Assembly: GCA_016235865.1 (NCBI GenBank)
Contig: JACRIK010000002.1
Coordinates: 7,520 to 71,519, forward strand
From: Planctomycetota bacterium
GTDB taxonomy: Bacteria > Planctomycetota > MHYJ01 > JACQXL01
Direction of reading: 5' to 3'
Length of the DNA stretch: 64,000 nucleotides
Shown piece after piece: positions 8,208 through 18,994 of this stretch. The notes under the pieces are model-generated. The model saw nothing but the letters and a program-made list of their open reading frames with translations, made no database searches and was not told where the DNA came from. The stretch's first letter is position 1. Every line of letters starts with the position of its first letter. Made by a program: the position numbers and the translations under genes.

Positions 8208-9790
8208 AATATAATCTGATATGCCCGGACATCGTTTTCCTTGCCTTTGAGTTGCACCAGGCCCAAGTCCTTTGCCTTGATGCCGTGGGGTTGGATAGCC
8301 TTATAGGTATTTTCGCCGATGACAATCTGGTTGGCCTGGCCGAATTGGTTAAGCCGGCTGGCGATATTGACGGTATCACCTAAAACCGTGTATTCAATTC
8401 GTTTCTTAGAGCCGATGTTGCCGGCTACGACCAGTCCGGTATTGACGCCGATACGGATATTATAAGGCAGTTTAGTAGTGGATGATTGCTCGGATAATGT
8501 CTGGATAATCTTCATTGCGCAGCGGCTGGCGTTGATAGCGTGGTCTTGGCTTTCAACCGGCGCGCCGAATATGGCCATAATGGCATCGCCGATATATTTG
8601 TTAACGCTGCCTTTATGCTCGAAGACAATCTGTGTGGCGGTCTCGAAGAACTCATTGAGCATTTGTGCAATCTCAGCCGGCGGCAATTTCTCGGATAGGG
8701 TGGTGAAATTCTGGACGTCGGCAAATATAACCGTTATTTCCTTTTCCTCGGCCGCAAAGTCGGCGCTACCTTTGGAGATAATCAATTCCACGATATCCGG
8801 CGAGTGGTAACGTTCAAGATTTGTCCGCAAAAGCGCTTCCTTGTGCAGGTTGCTGTAAAGCTCGTCCTGCTTGATTCGGATGGCAATCTGGTTGGCAATG
8901 GCGCTTAATAAATCGATGTCATCATTGGTAAAAGAGTGGGAAAAGACCTGGTTGTCTACATAGATTGCGCCGAAGACATCTTGTTTTTCCCAGAGCGGGA
9001 CGCACAGGGCAGAACGGATATTCTGCTGGGCAATGGACATCCCGGCCGAGAAACGCGAATCCGCCATGGCATCGGTAGTGATAATCGAAACCTTATCAGT
9101 AATTACTTTATTGATAATGGTATGTGATACGGTAATATGTTCCTTTAAATCCTTTTGGGAACGGATACGGCTGAGTTTCGGAATGAGTTGCCCCGTGGTT
9201 TTGTCTGTGAGCATTATGATACCTCGTTCGGCTTTGATGGAATCGAAGATGGAATACATCGCTACATCAAGGACTTCGTTTAAGGTGGTGGCAGAAGAAA
9301 CGGCTTTGCCCAACTGGTAGAGGATGAAGAATTTCTTGCTCCCCTTTTTATCTTCCAAGTCAATGTTAAATGGAGCGGCTGCCAGGGATTGGCCGGCATC
9401 CTGCATCTCTTTTATATTAAGCCGGTATTCCATAGGGATTTCATTTAAACCTTTGACGATATCGCTGGAAGCGGCGGAAGATGACGCGGGCTGCTGAGCG
9501 GAAGAATCCTTGAATATTATAGTGGTCATTCCGACCTGGATTTCGTCGTTATTTTTCAAGGCCGCAGTGGTGACATTTTTCTTGTTGAGAATTGTGCCGT
9601 TGGAGCTGTGTAAGTCGGTAAGGACATACTGTTCGCCGTCTTTTTTGATTTCACAATGTTGGCGCGAAGCCAGTCCGTCCGGGATTTCCAGGTCATTACC
9701 CATTATCCCGCGGCCCAGGACCAAGCGGGGCTTGGTGATGATGAATTCCTTTATCACCTTATCGTTCTTTTTTAGTATTAGAGATGGCAT
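8204..9790 (-). CDS. FHA-GAF-class III adenylate cyclase
   Basis: FHA (GRG, ASRQH, DLHSSNGT); GAF (SALCVPL, YVDN, AIANQ); cyclase (FADVQNFT, KYIGDAIM, GDTVNIASRL). Confidence 0.92.
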   Translation of the reverse strand: MPSLILKKNDKVIKEFIITKPRLVLGRGIMGNDLEIPDGLASRQHCEIKKDGEQYVLTDLHSSNGTILNKKNVTTAALKNNDEIQVGMTTIIFKDSSAQQPASSSAASSDIVKGLNEIPMEYRLNIKEMQDAGQSLAAAPFNIDLEDKKGSKKFFILYQLGKAVSSATTLNEVLDVAMYSIFDSIKAERGIIMLTDKTTGQLIPKLSRIRSQKDLKEHITVSHTIINKVITDKVSIITTDAMADSRFSAGMSIAQQNIRSALCVPLWEKQDVFGAIYVDNQVFSHSFTNDDIDLLSAIANQIAIRIKQDELYSNLHKEALLRTNLERYHSPDIVELIISKGSADFAAEEKEITVIFADVQNFTTLSEKLPPAEIAQMLNEFFETATQIVFEHKGSVNKYIGDAIMAIFGAPVESQDHAINASRCAMKIIQTLSEQSSTTKLPYNIRIGVNTGLVVAGNIGSKKRIEYTVLGDTVNIASRLNQFGQANQIVIGENTYKAIQPHGIKAKDLGLVQLKGKENDVRAYQIIL

Positions 9791-9832
9791 GGAGAAATTA
9801 TATATTATGGTGTTTCACAAGTCAATTAATGT

Positions 9833-9861
9833 TTGACAAATATAGCGTCGTTGGCTATAAA
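9833..9861 (+). promoter_or_regulatory. sigma70-type promoter, probably giving a leaderless mRNA
   Basis: TTGACA-N17-TATAAA, ATG 6 nt downstream at 9868. Confidence 0.7.
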
Positions 9862-9867
9862 AAAGGC

Positions 9868-10326
9868 ATGGTGAAAATATTAGCGCCGATTGTATATGCT
9901 ATTTTTGGATTTTTCCTAATCGGATGTTCTATTTCTTATCGTGATAAAACGCCTAAGCAGAATTTATCTGAGATAGAGATAAAGAAAAGCACAATGGTTT
10001 CTTTTAAAAAGGTAAAAACCGCTGATAACACGATTATCGGTTACCTGGAGGAAACGGAAAATACTGTCGCCAGCCCCAATTCGCCAAGTGGCCGGGAATC
10101 AATAAAAATATTTTATGTTTATGATAAGGATTTTAATAAAATCGGTTTTATGACCGGACAGGGGGCGGTTTCAGTATATCAATATACGGCTAAAGGCACT
10201 ATCACCAAGGTGGTTACCGGCATGATTTATACTGTTGAAACAGGCAACAGGAGTCTTTTATCATACGGCGGTGCTATTTACTATGAAGATTTTGAGCCGG
10301 CGCCGATTTGGCATGACAAGCGATGA
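9868..10326 (+). CDS. hypothetical lipoprotein (start moved from 9784 to ATG 9868)
   Basis: MVKILAPIVYAIFGFFLIGC lipobox; the promoter lies inside the longer ORF-track start. Confidence 0.7.
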   Translation: MVKILAPIVYAIFGFFLIGCSISYRDKTPKQNLSEIEIKKSTMVSFKKVKTADNTIIGYLEETENTVASPNSPSGRESIKIFYVYDKDFNKIGFMTGQGAVSVYQYTAKGTITKVVTGMIYTVETGNRSLLSYGGAIYYEDFEPAPIWHDKR

Positions 10327-10346
10327 CCCCGTCATTCGACGGGATA

Positions 10347-10387
10347 ACTGGCTGTAATTCCGATAGCCATCGGGACTAACAGCCAGT
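10347..10387. terminator. palindromic element between convergent genes, possibly a bidirectional terminator
   Basis: ACTGGCTG-TAA, ttccgatagccatcggga, TAA-CAGCCAGT; a variant of the GAGCCAGT family. Confidence 0.5.
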
Positions 10388-10395
10388 AACCGGAA

Positions 10396-11520
10396 TTATT
10401 TCCCAATAATCTGGCGGGCAATGACCAGCCGTTGGATTTCAGATGTGCCTTCGCCTATCTCGCAGAGTTTGGCATCGCGATAGAAACGCTCCACTTCGTA
10501 CTCTGTAGTATAACCATAGCCGCCCAATATTTGGATGGCATTTTTGGTTGCCCGCATGGCCACTTCTGAGGCATAGAGTTTTGCCATAGATGATTCTTTG
10601 ACAAATGGAAGTCCGTGAGCGGCTTTTTGGGCCGCGTCATAAACCAGAAATCTGGCCGCGGTTATTTCAGTTTCCATGTCAGCTATCATGTTCTGGATGG
10701 CCTGGAATTTGGCAATGGGCTGTCCGAATTGTTTTCTCTCTTTGGCATAGACGATGGCCCGGTCAAACGCGCCCTGAGCCAATCCCAAAGCCAGCGCGCC
10801 GATGGAAATCCGGCCTTCCTCAAGAGTGCGCATCATATATTTAAACCCTTCACCTGGGCTACCCAGGAGGTTTTCTGCCGGGATCAGGCAATCTTCGAAT
10901 ACCAGTTCACCCGTGTCAGAGGCGCGTAATCCCAGTTTGTCCTCGGGTTTGGTATTGGAGAACCCTTTAAATCCGCGCTCTACGATAAAAAGAGATATTT
11001 CGTTGTCCAGTTTGGCCGCCACTACAAAGGTATGGCCGACATTGGCATTGGTAATAAGCATTTTAGCGCCGTTCAAGATAAAACCCTGTTTGGTTTGTGT
11101 CGCGGTAGTTTTAATGCCGTGGACATCCGAACCGGCTTCAGGCTCAGTCAGCCCCATGCCGCCGATCTTTTCGCCCTTGGCCAAAGGAATAAGATATTTC
11201 TTCTTCTGTTCTTCATTGCCGAAGAGATAAATGGGGTTTGAGCCCAGAGAGGTGTGGGCGGCCAGGGTTATGGAGGTCGAGCCGCAGGCCCGGGCTAATT
11301 CCTCAACGGCAATGATATAGCTTAATTTATCAGCGCCGGCGCCGCCGTATTTTTCCGGGAACGGAATGCCCATTAGGGAAAGTTCGGCCATCTTGCGGAT
11401 ATTGTCCCAGGGGAATTCCTTGGACTGGTCATATTTCTTTGCCCGGGGCGCGACCAATTCGACGGCGAAATCTCGAACCGTCTGCTGTATCAATTTATGC
11501 TCTTCAGTCAGGTTAAACAT
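10396..11520 (-). CDS. acyl-CoA dehydrogenase
   Basis: GLTEPEAGSD, NGAKMLITNA, KLGLRASDTGEL, GRISIGA, AIQILGGYGY, IGEGTSEIQR. Confidence 0.97.
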   Translation of the reverse strand: MFNLTEEHKLIQQTVRDFAVELVAPRAKKYDQSKEFPWDNIRKMAELSLMGIPFPEKYGGAGADKLSYIIAVEELARACGSTSITLAAHTSLGSNPIYLFGNEEQKKKYLIPLAKGEKIGGMGLTEPEAGSDVHGIKTTATQTKQGFILNGAKMLITNANVGHTFVVAAKLDNEISLFIVERGFKGFSNTKPEDKLGLRASDTGELVFEDCLIPAENLLGSPGEGFKYMMRTLEEGRISIGALALGLAQGAFDRAIVYAKERKQFGQPIAKFQAIQNMIADMETEITAARFLVYDAAQKAAHGLPFVKESSMAKLYASEVAMRATKNAIQILGGYGYTTEYEVERFYRDAKLCEIGEGTSEIQRLVIARQIIGK

Positions 11521-11526
11521 ATTTGT

Positions 11527-12813
11527 TTAAGGGTAAATTTTATATAACATTCTGGGGAAGGGGATGCATTCCCGGATGTGTTCCCGGCCGCATATCCAGG
11601 CCACGGTCCGCTCCACGCCTAGGCCAAAACCGCCGTGCGGAACGGAACCGTATCTTCGCAAATCCAGGTACCATTCATAAGCCGCTTTGGGCAGTTTATG
11701 TTCGGCGATTTTCCGCTCCAAAATCTCAAGGTTGTCTTCACGCTGGCCGCCGCCGATAATCTCGCCGTAACCTTCCGGCGCAATCATATCCGCGCACAGG
11801 GCCAAATCCGGATTATCCGGGTCCGCTTTCATATAAAAGGCCTTGACGGCCATCGGGAATCTATGGATTAGTACCGGTTTATCAAAACGCGTTCCGATAA
11901 ACTCCTCTTCAGGAGCCCCCAGGTCATTGCCTTTCTTGAACGGATGATTTTCCTTTTCAAACCGGGATACCATTTCATTATATGAGATACGGGGGAATGG
12001 CGCGATAATCTTTTCCAATACCTTGGTGTCTCTTTCTAATATTTTCAGTTGCTCCTGGCATTTTTCTAAGACGCGTTGGACAATAAAACAGGTTAACCCT
12101 TCTGATAAATCCATAACATCGTCCAGTGTGGCATAGGCGATTTCCGGTTCCACCATCCAGAATTCCATAAGATGTTTGCGGGTCTTGGATTTCTCCGCCC
12201 TGAAAGTTGGGCCAAAGCAATAGACCCGGCCCAGGGCCATGGCGGTTGCCTCATTGTAGAGCTGGCCGCTTTGTGAAAGATAGGCCTTGTCATCAAAGTA
12301 GTTTACCTCAAACAGGGTAGTGGTTCCTTCGCAGGCTGAGGGGGTAAGGATTGGGGTGTCAACCAGGATAAACCCTCGGTCATCAAAGAAATCGCGGATG
12401 GCCTTGATAATCTGGGCTCGGCACTGGAGAAGCGCAGCCTGCTTGCGTGAACGCAGCCAGAGATGACGTTGCTCCATCAAGAATCCCACGCCGTGTGCCT
12501 GTAGTGCAATCGGGTAGGCCTGGGCAATATGGATTATTTTTACCTCGGATAGGGTAAGTTCCACCCCGCCCGGAGCCCGCTTATCCTCGCGCACTGTGCC
12601 AACGATGATGAGCGAGGACTCCTGTGTAATTTTTTCCGCTTCTTTAAATCGTTCTTGTTCGATATCTTTTTCTGATGCAACAGCCTGGACAATGCCGGTG
12701 CCGTCGCGCACCTGTAAGAAGAGGATTTTACCGCTGGAGCGCAGGTTATACAGCCAGCCTTTGATGGTAACTGATTGGCCGATCAGGTTCTTTAATTCTG
12801 AAATATACGCCAT
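11527..12813 (-). CDS. asnS: asparagine--tRNA ligase
   Basis: OB-fold [20 protein letters not shown]; RHLWLRS; [17 protein letters not shown]; motif 3 [11 protein letters not shown]. Confidence 0.95.
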   Translation of the reverse strand: MAYISELKNLIGQSVTIKGWLYNLRSSGKILFLQVRDGTGIVQAVASEKDIEQERFKEAEKITQESSLIIVGTVREDKRAPGGVELTLSEVKIIHIAQAYPIALQAHGVGFLMEQRHLWLRSRKQAALLQCRAQIIKAIRDFFDDRGFILVDTPILTPSACEGTTTLFEVNYFDDKAYLSQSGQLYNEATAMALGRVYCFGPTFRAEKSKTRKHLMEFWMVEPEIAYATLDDVMDLSEGLTCFIVQRVLEKCQEQLKILERDTKVLEKIIAPFPRISYNEMVSRFEKENHPFKKGNDLGAPEEEFIGTRFDKPVLIHRFPMAVKAFYMKADPDNPDLALCADMIAPEGYGEIIGGGQREDNLEILERKIAEHKLPKAAYEWYLDLRRYGSVPHGGFGLGVERTVAWICGREHIRECIPFPRMLYKIYP

Positions 12814-12903
12814 AGAGATGAATATAAATTATAAATTTACTAAAAGGTCAAGAGAAATGAATCATTTTATCGGCATTATTCAGGGAGCGACAGGAAATAT
12901 TTA

Positions 12904-12932
12904 TTGACAGCGCCGAATTTGTTTGATACTGT
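12904..12932 (+). promoter_or_regulatory. sigma70-type promoter of the iscS-trxB-radical SAM operon
   Basis: TTGACA-N17-TACTGT with TG extended -10. Confidence 0.6.
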
Positions 12933-12954
12933 TGCGATTACAGGAGAATTGAGT

Positions 12955-14130
12955 ATGACACAAAAGACGATATATTTAGATAACTCGGCAACTACCCGGG
13001 TGCGGCCGGAAGTAATTGAAGCAATGAGGCCGTATCTTGACGAATTCTATGCCAATCCCTCAAGCTTGCACCAGAAGGGGCGTGAAGCGCGGCTATCAAT
13101 AGAAAAAGCCCGTGAACAAGTTGCAGATTTACTTGGCGCTGATCCCAAGGAAATTATTTTTACCAGCGGCGGAACCGAATCGGATAATTTAGCCGTTTTT
13201 GGCACGGCATATGCTAATCGCTCTAAAGGCAATCATATTATTACCTCGCAGATAGAGCATCATGCGGTTTTGAATTCCTGCCACCAACTGGAAAAGCAGG
13301 GATTTGCCGTTACTTACTTGCCTGTTGATGGCCAAGGCACGGTACTCGTAAAGGAATTAGAAAAGGCTATTAGGAAGGAAACCATTCTTGTCACGATAAT
13401 GCACTCCAATAATGAAGTCGGGACGATACAGCCGTTGGATGAAATTTCCCGGCTATGCGTTTCTCAAGGAGTGTTTCTGCATACTGATGCGGTTCAATCC
13501 GTTGGCAAAATTAGGTTCAATCTTCAGAAGAGCAATATAAATCTTTTATCGCTTACCGCCCATAAGTTCTACGGCCCCAAGGGGGTGGGTGTCTTATATG
13601 TCCGTAAAGGGGCAAGAATTAGTCCGCTTCAGGTTGGCGGTCATCATGAATTCCGCAAAAGAGCCGGTACCGAAAATACGCCCGGTATTATCGGGCTGTC
13701 AAAAGCCATGGAATTGGTTTATAAGGAAATGGATACAACCAATAAACGGATGATAGAATTGAGAAACAGATTGAAGGATGGGCTTTCTGATAAAGTTGAT
13801 GAAATTAAAGTTAACGGTAATTTGGAAAAAGGATTGCCTCATATCTTAAATGTGTCTTTTAAGTATGTAGAGGGCGAGTCAATCTTGCTTAATCTGGATG
13901 GTTCGGGGATTTGTGTTTCCTCAGGTTCGGCCTGCACTTCAGAAAGCTTAGAGCCCTCTCACGTGCTTGCGGCGATGGGCGTGCCGGTAGAAATAGCGCA
14001 CGGTTCTATCAGGTTTTCCCTGGGCAGGGAAACCACAAAGGAAGAGATAGATTTTACGACAGGGACAGTAGCGAAAGTGATAAAGAGGTTACGAGAGATG
14101 TCGCCGCTGTATAAAAAGCAGAGGACATAA
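12955..14130 (+). CDS. iscS: class I cysteine desulfurase (start at ATG 12955)
   Basis: YLDNSATT, FTSGGTESDN, HTDAVQ, TAHKFYGPKG (PLP Lys), SSGSACTS. Confidence 0.96.
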   Translation: MTQKTIYLDNSATTRVRPEVIEAMRPYLDEFYANPSSLHQKGREARLSIEKAREQVADLLGADPKEIIFTSGGTESDNLAVFGTAYANRSKGNHIITSQIEHHAVLNSCHQLEKQGFAVTYLPVDGQGTVLVKELEKAIRKETILVTIMHSNNEVGTIQPLDEISRLCVSQGVFLHTDAVQSVGKIRFNLQKSNINLLSLTAHKFYGPKGVGVLYVRKGARISPLQVGGHHEFRKRAGTENTPGIIGLSKAMELVYKEMDTTNKRMIELRNRLKDGLSDKVDEIKVNGNLEKGLPHILNVSFKYVEGESILLNLDGSGICVSSGSACTSESLEPSHVLAAMGVPVEIAHGSIRFSLGRETTKEEIDFTTGTVAKVIKRLREMSPLYKKQRT

Positions 14131-14136
14131 TAACAG

Positions 14137-15072
14137 ATGGTTTATGATATTATAATAGTTGGCGGAGGTCCGGCTGGTTTGACCGCGGGAATCTATGCTA
14201 CTAGGGCGTTAATGAAGACTTTGCTTATGGAGAGAATAGCGCCAGGCGGCCTAGTCATCACTACCGAAAAAGTGGAAAATTTCCCGGGTTTTGCTGAGGG
14301 GGTTAATGGTTACGAGTTGATGGAACAGATGATAAAGCAGGCTGGTAAATTCGGATTGGAGACAATATCGGAAGAAGTGATAAGCATTAGCCAAAAAGAT
14401 AATATTTTTTATATCAAGACGGCATCACGGGAATATCAGGCGTTAAGCGTGATTATTGCCAGCGGAACGATTTATCGCAATTTGGGCGTGGAGAAGGAGC
14501 AGGCATTCATAGGACGTGGGATTTCATATTGTGCCACATGCGATGCTCCTTTATTCAGGAATAAAGAGGTGGTGGTGGTGGGTGGCGGCGATGCAGCGAT
14601 TGAGGAATCGTTATTTTTGACCAAGTTTGTCAGTAAGGTTTACTTGGTTCATCGCAGGGATAAATTACGAGCCAGTGCCATTTTGCAGGAACGGACTAAA
14701 CAGAATCCCAAAATAGAATTTATCTGGAATTCCGTAATTAGCAGGATATACGGGAATGATAAGATAGGGAAAGTTACTATAAAAAATGTTTTTGATAACA
14801 GTGAACGTGAGTTAAATATTGACGGAATATTTGTATTTATCGGTTTTGTGCCGAACACTGGCTTCCTTGATAGTTTTGTAGAACTAGATAAAGAAGGATA
14901 TGTGGTTACAGATTCTGGGATGAAGACCTCCCGTGAAGGAATGTTTGCCGCCGGAGATGTGCGCAGTAACACACTCAGGCAGATCATTACCGCTTGTGGC
15001 GATGGGGCTCGAGCTGCGATTTCAGCGCAACACTTTGTTGAGAACCTTAAAGCCACCAGATACAAGTCCTGA
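14137..15072 (+). CDS. trxB: thioredoxin-disulfide reductase
   Basis: GGGPAGLTA, CATCD, GGGDAA, FAAGDV. Confidence 0.97.
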   Translation: MVYDIIIVGGGPAGLTAGIYATRALMKTLLMERIAPGGLVITTEKVENFPGFAEGVNGYELMEQMIKQAGKFGLETISEEVISISQKDNIFYIKTASREYQALSVIIASGTIYRNLGVEKEQAFIGRGISYCATCDAPLFRNKEVVVVGGGDAAIEESLFLTKFVSKVYLVHRRDKLRASAILQERTKQNPKIEFIWNSVISRIYGNDKIGKVTIKNVFDNSERELNIDGIFVFIGFVPNTGFLDSFVELDKEGYVVTDSGMKTSREGMFAAGDVRSNTLRQIITACGDGARAAISAQHFVENLKATRYKS

Positions 15073-15078
15073 TATTGT

Positions 15079-16080
15079 ATGCATCAAGCTCTGTATTTTG
15101 AGCAATTAGACACCAAAAAAGTCAGGTGTCAACTCTGTCCTCATAATTGTATTATATCTGACGGTAAAATCGGTATCTGCAGGCAACGAAGGAATGTAGG
15201 TGGTATTTTATATTCCCTGAATTATGGTGGGGTAGTTTCCGTCAACCTTGACCCGATGGAAAAGAAGCCGCTATATCATTTTTATCCCGGAGAAAAAATC
15301 TTGTCTATTGGAACGAATGGATGTAATTTGAGTTGCCAATTCTGCCAAAACTGGTCAATATCACAGGAAGATAGTTTGGCTATAAATACATCCCCGGATG
15401 AAATAATAAAATTAGCCAAGCGTTATAAGACGAAATTTATTGCTTACACCTACAATGAACCTTTTATCTGGTATGAATATGTTCTGGATACGGCAAAGCT
15501 AGCGAAATCAAAGGGGTTGATAAATGTTTTGGTAACTAATGGTTATGTTAATCCGGGGCCGCTAAATGAAATACTGCCTTATATTTCAGCGATGAATATA
15601 GACATAAAGAGCATTAAAGATGATTTTTATCGCAAATTATGCAAGGCAAAATTAGGACCGGTGTTGGAAAGTGCTAAAGCAGCCCGGGGAAAAGTCCACG
15701 TTGAAATTACCAATTTGGTTATTACAGGTGAGAATGATAAGGCAGATGAATTGGATGGCGCCTCCAAATGGATTGCGGATAATTTAGGCCGTGATACACC
15801 GCTGCACTTTTCGGCCTATTTCCCGTCATATAAATTAGATAATCCAACTACTACTACTGAAACGCTTCTTAAGGCATACCAAATCGCCAGAAAATATCTA
15901 TATTTCGTGTACCTCGGTAATGTAACGGGAATTGAAAAGGGACGAGATACAGTTTGCTACAAATGTGATAATAAATTAGTGGAAAGAACAGGATATCAGA
16001 TACGAATATCAGGATTAACGTCTAGTGGACAGTGTAGCCAATGTGGTAACAGGAATAATATAAAATTATCAAGTGATTGA
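15079..16080 (+). CDS. AmmeMemoRadiSam-system radical SAM enzyme (PFL-activase-like)
   Basis: N-terminal CQLCPHNC...GIC, DPMEKKPLYHFYPG, GCNLSCQFCQNW, YTYNEP, C-terminal CYKC/CSQC. Confidence 0.92.
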   Translation: MHQALYFEQLDTKKVRCQLCPHNCIISDGKIGICRQRRNVGGILYSLNYGGVVSVNLDPMEKKPLYHFYPGEKILSIGTNGCNLSCQFCQNWSISQEDSLAINTSPDEIIKLAKRYKTKFIAYTYNEPFIWYEYVLDTAKLAKSKGLINVLVTNGYVNPGPLNEILPYISAMNIDIKSIKDDFYRKLCKAKLGPVLESAKAARGKVHVEITNLVITGENDKADELDGASKWIADNLGRDTPLHFSAYFPSYKLDNPTTTTETLLKAYQIARKYLYFVYLGNVTGIEKGRDTVCYKCDNKLVERTGYQIRISGLTSSGQCSQCGNRNNIKLSSD

Positions 16081-18957
16081 TTAAATGGGGCGTTTTACAT
16101 GGCGCCGTTTCACTAACCGATAGCCGATTAGTAATAATCCCGCACCGATAACCAATATTAATACAGGGTATCTGATGGTATAAATTATAGGTGTTAATGC
16201 GAGGCGAACTGCCGACGCCTGTAACGGGGTATCTTTAAGATGATTAGCAATAGGCGGGCTTACCCGATAGTACCAATTAACGAATTTACTTCCTAATTTA
16301 TTAGTCAGAAGATATCTATCCCTAAAATTCCTTAGGGTAACGACGTTAGGATGCATTGGATTTCCATATACGGCGGTAGCAATAAAGCAACTTTGCCTGA
16401 AGGCATTAGGGTCAAAATAAGCCAGAGAACTGCTGCCGGCAACTATGCCGTCGCCTTCGTTATAGGTGTCGTTTCCGGGCGGCGTCGGTAGTGATTGATT
16501 TGAAAAGCCACCCGACAGGTCAGCGCTGATTCTGGTAACAAAGATATCGCCAAAGCCGTTATAGGAAGTGTCATAAGCAATACTTGTTCCGGTTGTCGGC
16601 CAGGTTGGATAGGCCCCATCGCCGGCGATGCCTACAAATATCATATTACCGGCATTATCAGGTCTTATGCAGTATGCCGTATCCAAATATTGCCCGCCGA
16701 CCATTGTAGAGGCGTTGAGGATAGAAAGTGTTTCGTTAAATGAACAGACAAATACATCGCCGGCTCCGCCGGTATTGGTGATTGAAAAAGCATCTGATGT
16801 AGTAGGAAAGTCGGATGAATTGGTTTGTCCGCAGATGTAAATTTTATTGTTATTACCGCCGGTGCTGATAGAGTATGCCGTTTCGGAATTTACTCCGCCA
16901 ATCCAAGTGGATTGAAGAAGTTGGGTAAGATTAGCGGTAAGTCTTGAGACGAAAACATCTTGAGCGCCAAGGCCCGGTTGGGTGGCGCCGTAAGGATTCC
17001 ATGACTGGTAAGGATCGGGAGGGGTGCCAAAACTTGTGGTCGGGAAAAGCGGCGAACCGGTTATTCCGGTAACATAGACGGTTTGTTCGCCGGCTATCGG
17101 AGCGCCTAATGTAATGCCATAGCCGATTTCCTGGCCAACACGCCCCAGATAAGTAGAGGAACGGAGTGTCCTCAAGTCATTGGTAAAACGGGATATAAAA
17201 GCATCTGAGGCGCCACTCGTGTCAATTGCTATGTCGTAGGCAGATGTTAATGTTCCTTCGCCTAAGGTGGGGAAGGGGGGGCTGCCCGCAGTGGTAAAGC
17301 CGGTAATATAAACATTGCCGAGTTCATCAAGGGCAATGGCATTTCCAATATCATTGCCCGGTATCGTCGGAGAAGCGGGCGCTCCGCCTATAAATAGGCT
17401 CGCAAAATAGAATTCTCCCTGTCGTCCGGTAAATCCTGAAAGGTTATTGTTAAACTTGGCAACAAAGACGTCATTACCGCCGTTATAATTGATACTGGAA
17501 GAGCCGCTTGGATAATTTATTGAAACGTTTGTCGGGAAGGTATCGCTGTCGGTATATCCAACGACAAAGACATTATTCGAATCGTCTACAACAATGCCGG
17601 TGGCAGCATCGGCTGTTACGCTGCCTTGGGCTGTACCGCCCAGATACGTTGAAGCCAGTAGGGCGTTCAAGGAATTGCTGAGCTTGGCCACAAAGGCATC
17701 ATTTGGATTTACTTGTTGCCCCTGGACCGATGGTCCGTTATAAGAGGTGTCAAAGGCCGAAGGGGTAAATGGGCCGTTTGGCAGTATTATGGATGGTCTG
17801 TCGGTGGCGGTGGGGAATCCCGGTCCGGCAAAACCGCACACAAATACATTTCCTTGTCCGTCTAGTGTAATACCATAGGCACCATCAGAATTTGCGCTTC
17901 CGATAAAGGTGGAGGCCAGCAACGTGGTTAAGGTGGGGTTGAGCTTGCAGACTACGATATCATTGCTTCCGACATATACGGAGTTATAAGGAAGCGGGAT
18001 ATCAGGAGGAATTGGGGCAGTCGGGAAGTTATTGCTCCAAACAAATGTCCAGGGCGGAATGTAAACAAAAGAACCGGTTCCGAGTGTATATCCGGCGACA
18101 AATACGTTTCCGTTGGTTGGGTCAATAACTACTCCCCGCGCATAATCGGTGCCGAATCCGCCGATAAAGGTCGATGACAAAAGCGGGTCGATAATCAGGG
18201 GTAGCGTTTTATCATAATTACCTACCACAAAGCCATAAGTGGTTTTATTAATCAACCTGTAAGCGACCTCGACCGGTTTCCTTTCCCCGTTTACTTCTTG
18301 ATAGGCGATCGGGTGGGTAAATCCGACGCTTCTTTTACCGGCCTTTAATTCAAGCTCTCCTGCCTGATTCAGTGATAATTCTTCTGCGCCGGCCACAGAG
18401 AATTCTATGGATTCTGGTGTGCCGTCAGGAGTGATGATAAACAGTTTTTCTATATTCTTGGAGTTTGCCTTCAGGTTTAAGGTAATGCCTTTCCAGACTT
18501 CGCCCAAGGTAATAAGGTTGTATGACGGTATGTTACTGCGCCAGTTTTTCGGGTCATCGCCCAGGAAATAATTAACCGCGGTGGGCGAGTTTTCCAGGGC
18601 TTTTACTTGCGCTGTTTTATCTGTCAGCGGCGTTTCCTTCAGCGAAAATGTATAATGCCCTGAAAATGAGCCGTCCGGTAGGAGATAATCCTCAGCTCCA
18701 AAATAATCTTTTGGATTAACGATGGTATAAATTAATTCGCCCTTATCGGTAATAAAGACGGTGCCATTAATGGTCTGGATATAGAATTTGACTTCTTCAG
18801 ATTTTATCTGGCCTTCATTCTTTATAAAAGGCACCTGCATACCGGAGAGCGATTCTCTTTGGTCTTTTAACAGGACGCTTTGATTTTCAGCGCCTAACTC
18901 TGAATAGTATGAGAAGATCGCCAATAACAAAATAATATATATGCTAAGTTTACTCAT
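16081..18957 (-). CDS. secreted SBBP (beta-propeller) repeat protein with C-terminal CFI-box-CTERM domain
   Basis: signal peptide; FIKNEGQ...Y...PLIIDP N-domain; D.FV.K...L..STF.GG repeats; CFIATAVYG...LRNFRDRYL...YY..SP plus TM tail. Confidence 0.85.
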   Translation of the reverse strand: MSKLSIYIILLLAIFSYYSELGAENQSVLLKDQRESLSGMQVPFIKNEGQIKSEEVKFYIQTINGTVFITDKGELIYTIVNPKDYFGAEDYLLPDGSFSGHYTFSLKETPLTDKTAQVKALENSPTAVNYFLGDDPKNWRSNIPSYNLITLGEVWKGITLNLKANSKNIEKLFIITPDGTPESIEFSVAGAEELSLNQAGELELKAGKRSVGFTHPIAYQEVNGERKPVEVAYRLINKTTYGFVVGNYDKTLPLIIDPLLSSTFIGGFGTDYARGVVIDPTNGNVFVAGYTLGTGSFVYIPPWTFVWSNNFPTAPIPPDIPLPYNSVYVGSNDIVVCKLNPTLTTLLASTFIGSANSDGAYGITLDGQGNVFVCGFAGPGFPTATDRPSIILPNGPFTPSAFDTSYNGPSVQGQQVNPNDAFVAKLSNSLNALLASTYLGGTAQGSVTADAATGIVVDDSNNVFVVGYTDSDTFPTNVSINYPSGSSSINYNGGNDVFVAKFNNNLSGFTGRQGEFYFASLFIGGAPASPTIPGNDIGNAIALDELGNVYITGFTTAGSPPFPTLGEGTLTSAYDIAIDTSGASDAFISRFTNDLRTLRSSTYLGRVGQEIGYGITLGAPIAGEQTVYVTGITGSPLFPTTSFGTPPDPYQSWNPYGATQPGLGAQDVFVSRLTANLTQLLQSTWIGGVNSETAYSISTGGNNNKIYICGQTNSSDFPTTSDAFSITNTGGAGDVFVCSFNETLSILNASTMVGGQYLDTAYCIRPDNAGNMIFVGIAGDGAYPTWPTTGTSIAYDTSYNGFGDIFVTRISADLSGGFSNQSLPTPPGNDTYNEGDGIVAGSSSLAYFDPNAFRQSCFIATAVYGNPMHPNVVTLRNFRDRYLLTNKLGSKFVNWYYRVSPPIANHLKDTPLQASAVRLALTPIIYTIRYPVLILVIGAGLLLIGYRLVKRRHVKRPI

Positions 18958-18994
18958 ATACGCTCATTCCTCTTTTCTGAACTATTATACCCGC

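Noticed and set aside
12955-16080. iscS-trxB-radical SAM operon as a novel sulfur-transfer system
   Set aside because: All three are common families and no substrate, sulfur-carrier or AmmeMemoRadiSam A/B partner is adjacent; the lower GC seen by eye was not quantified.
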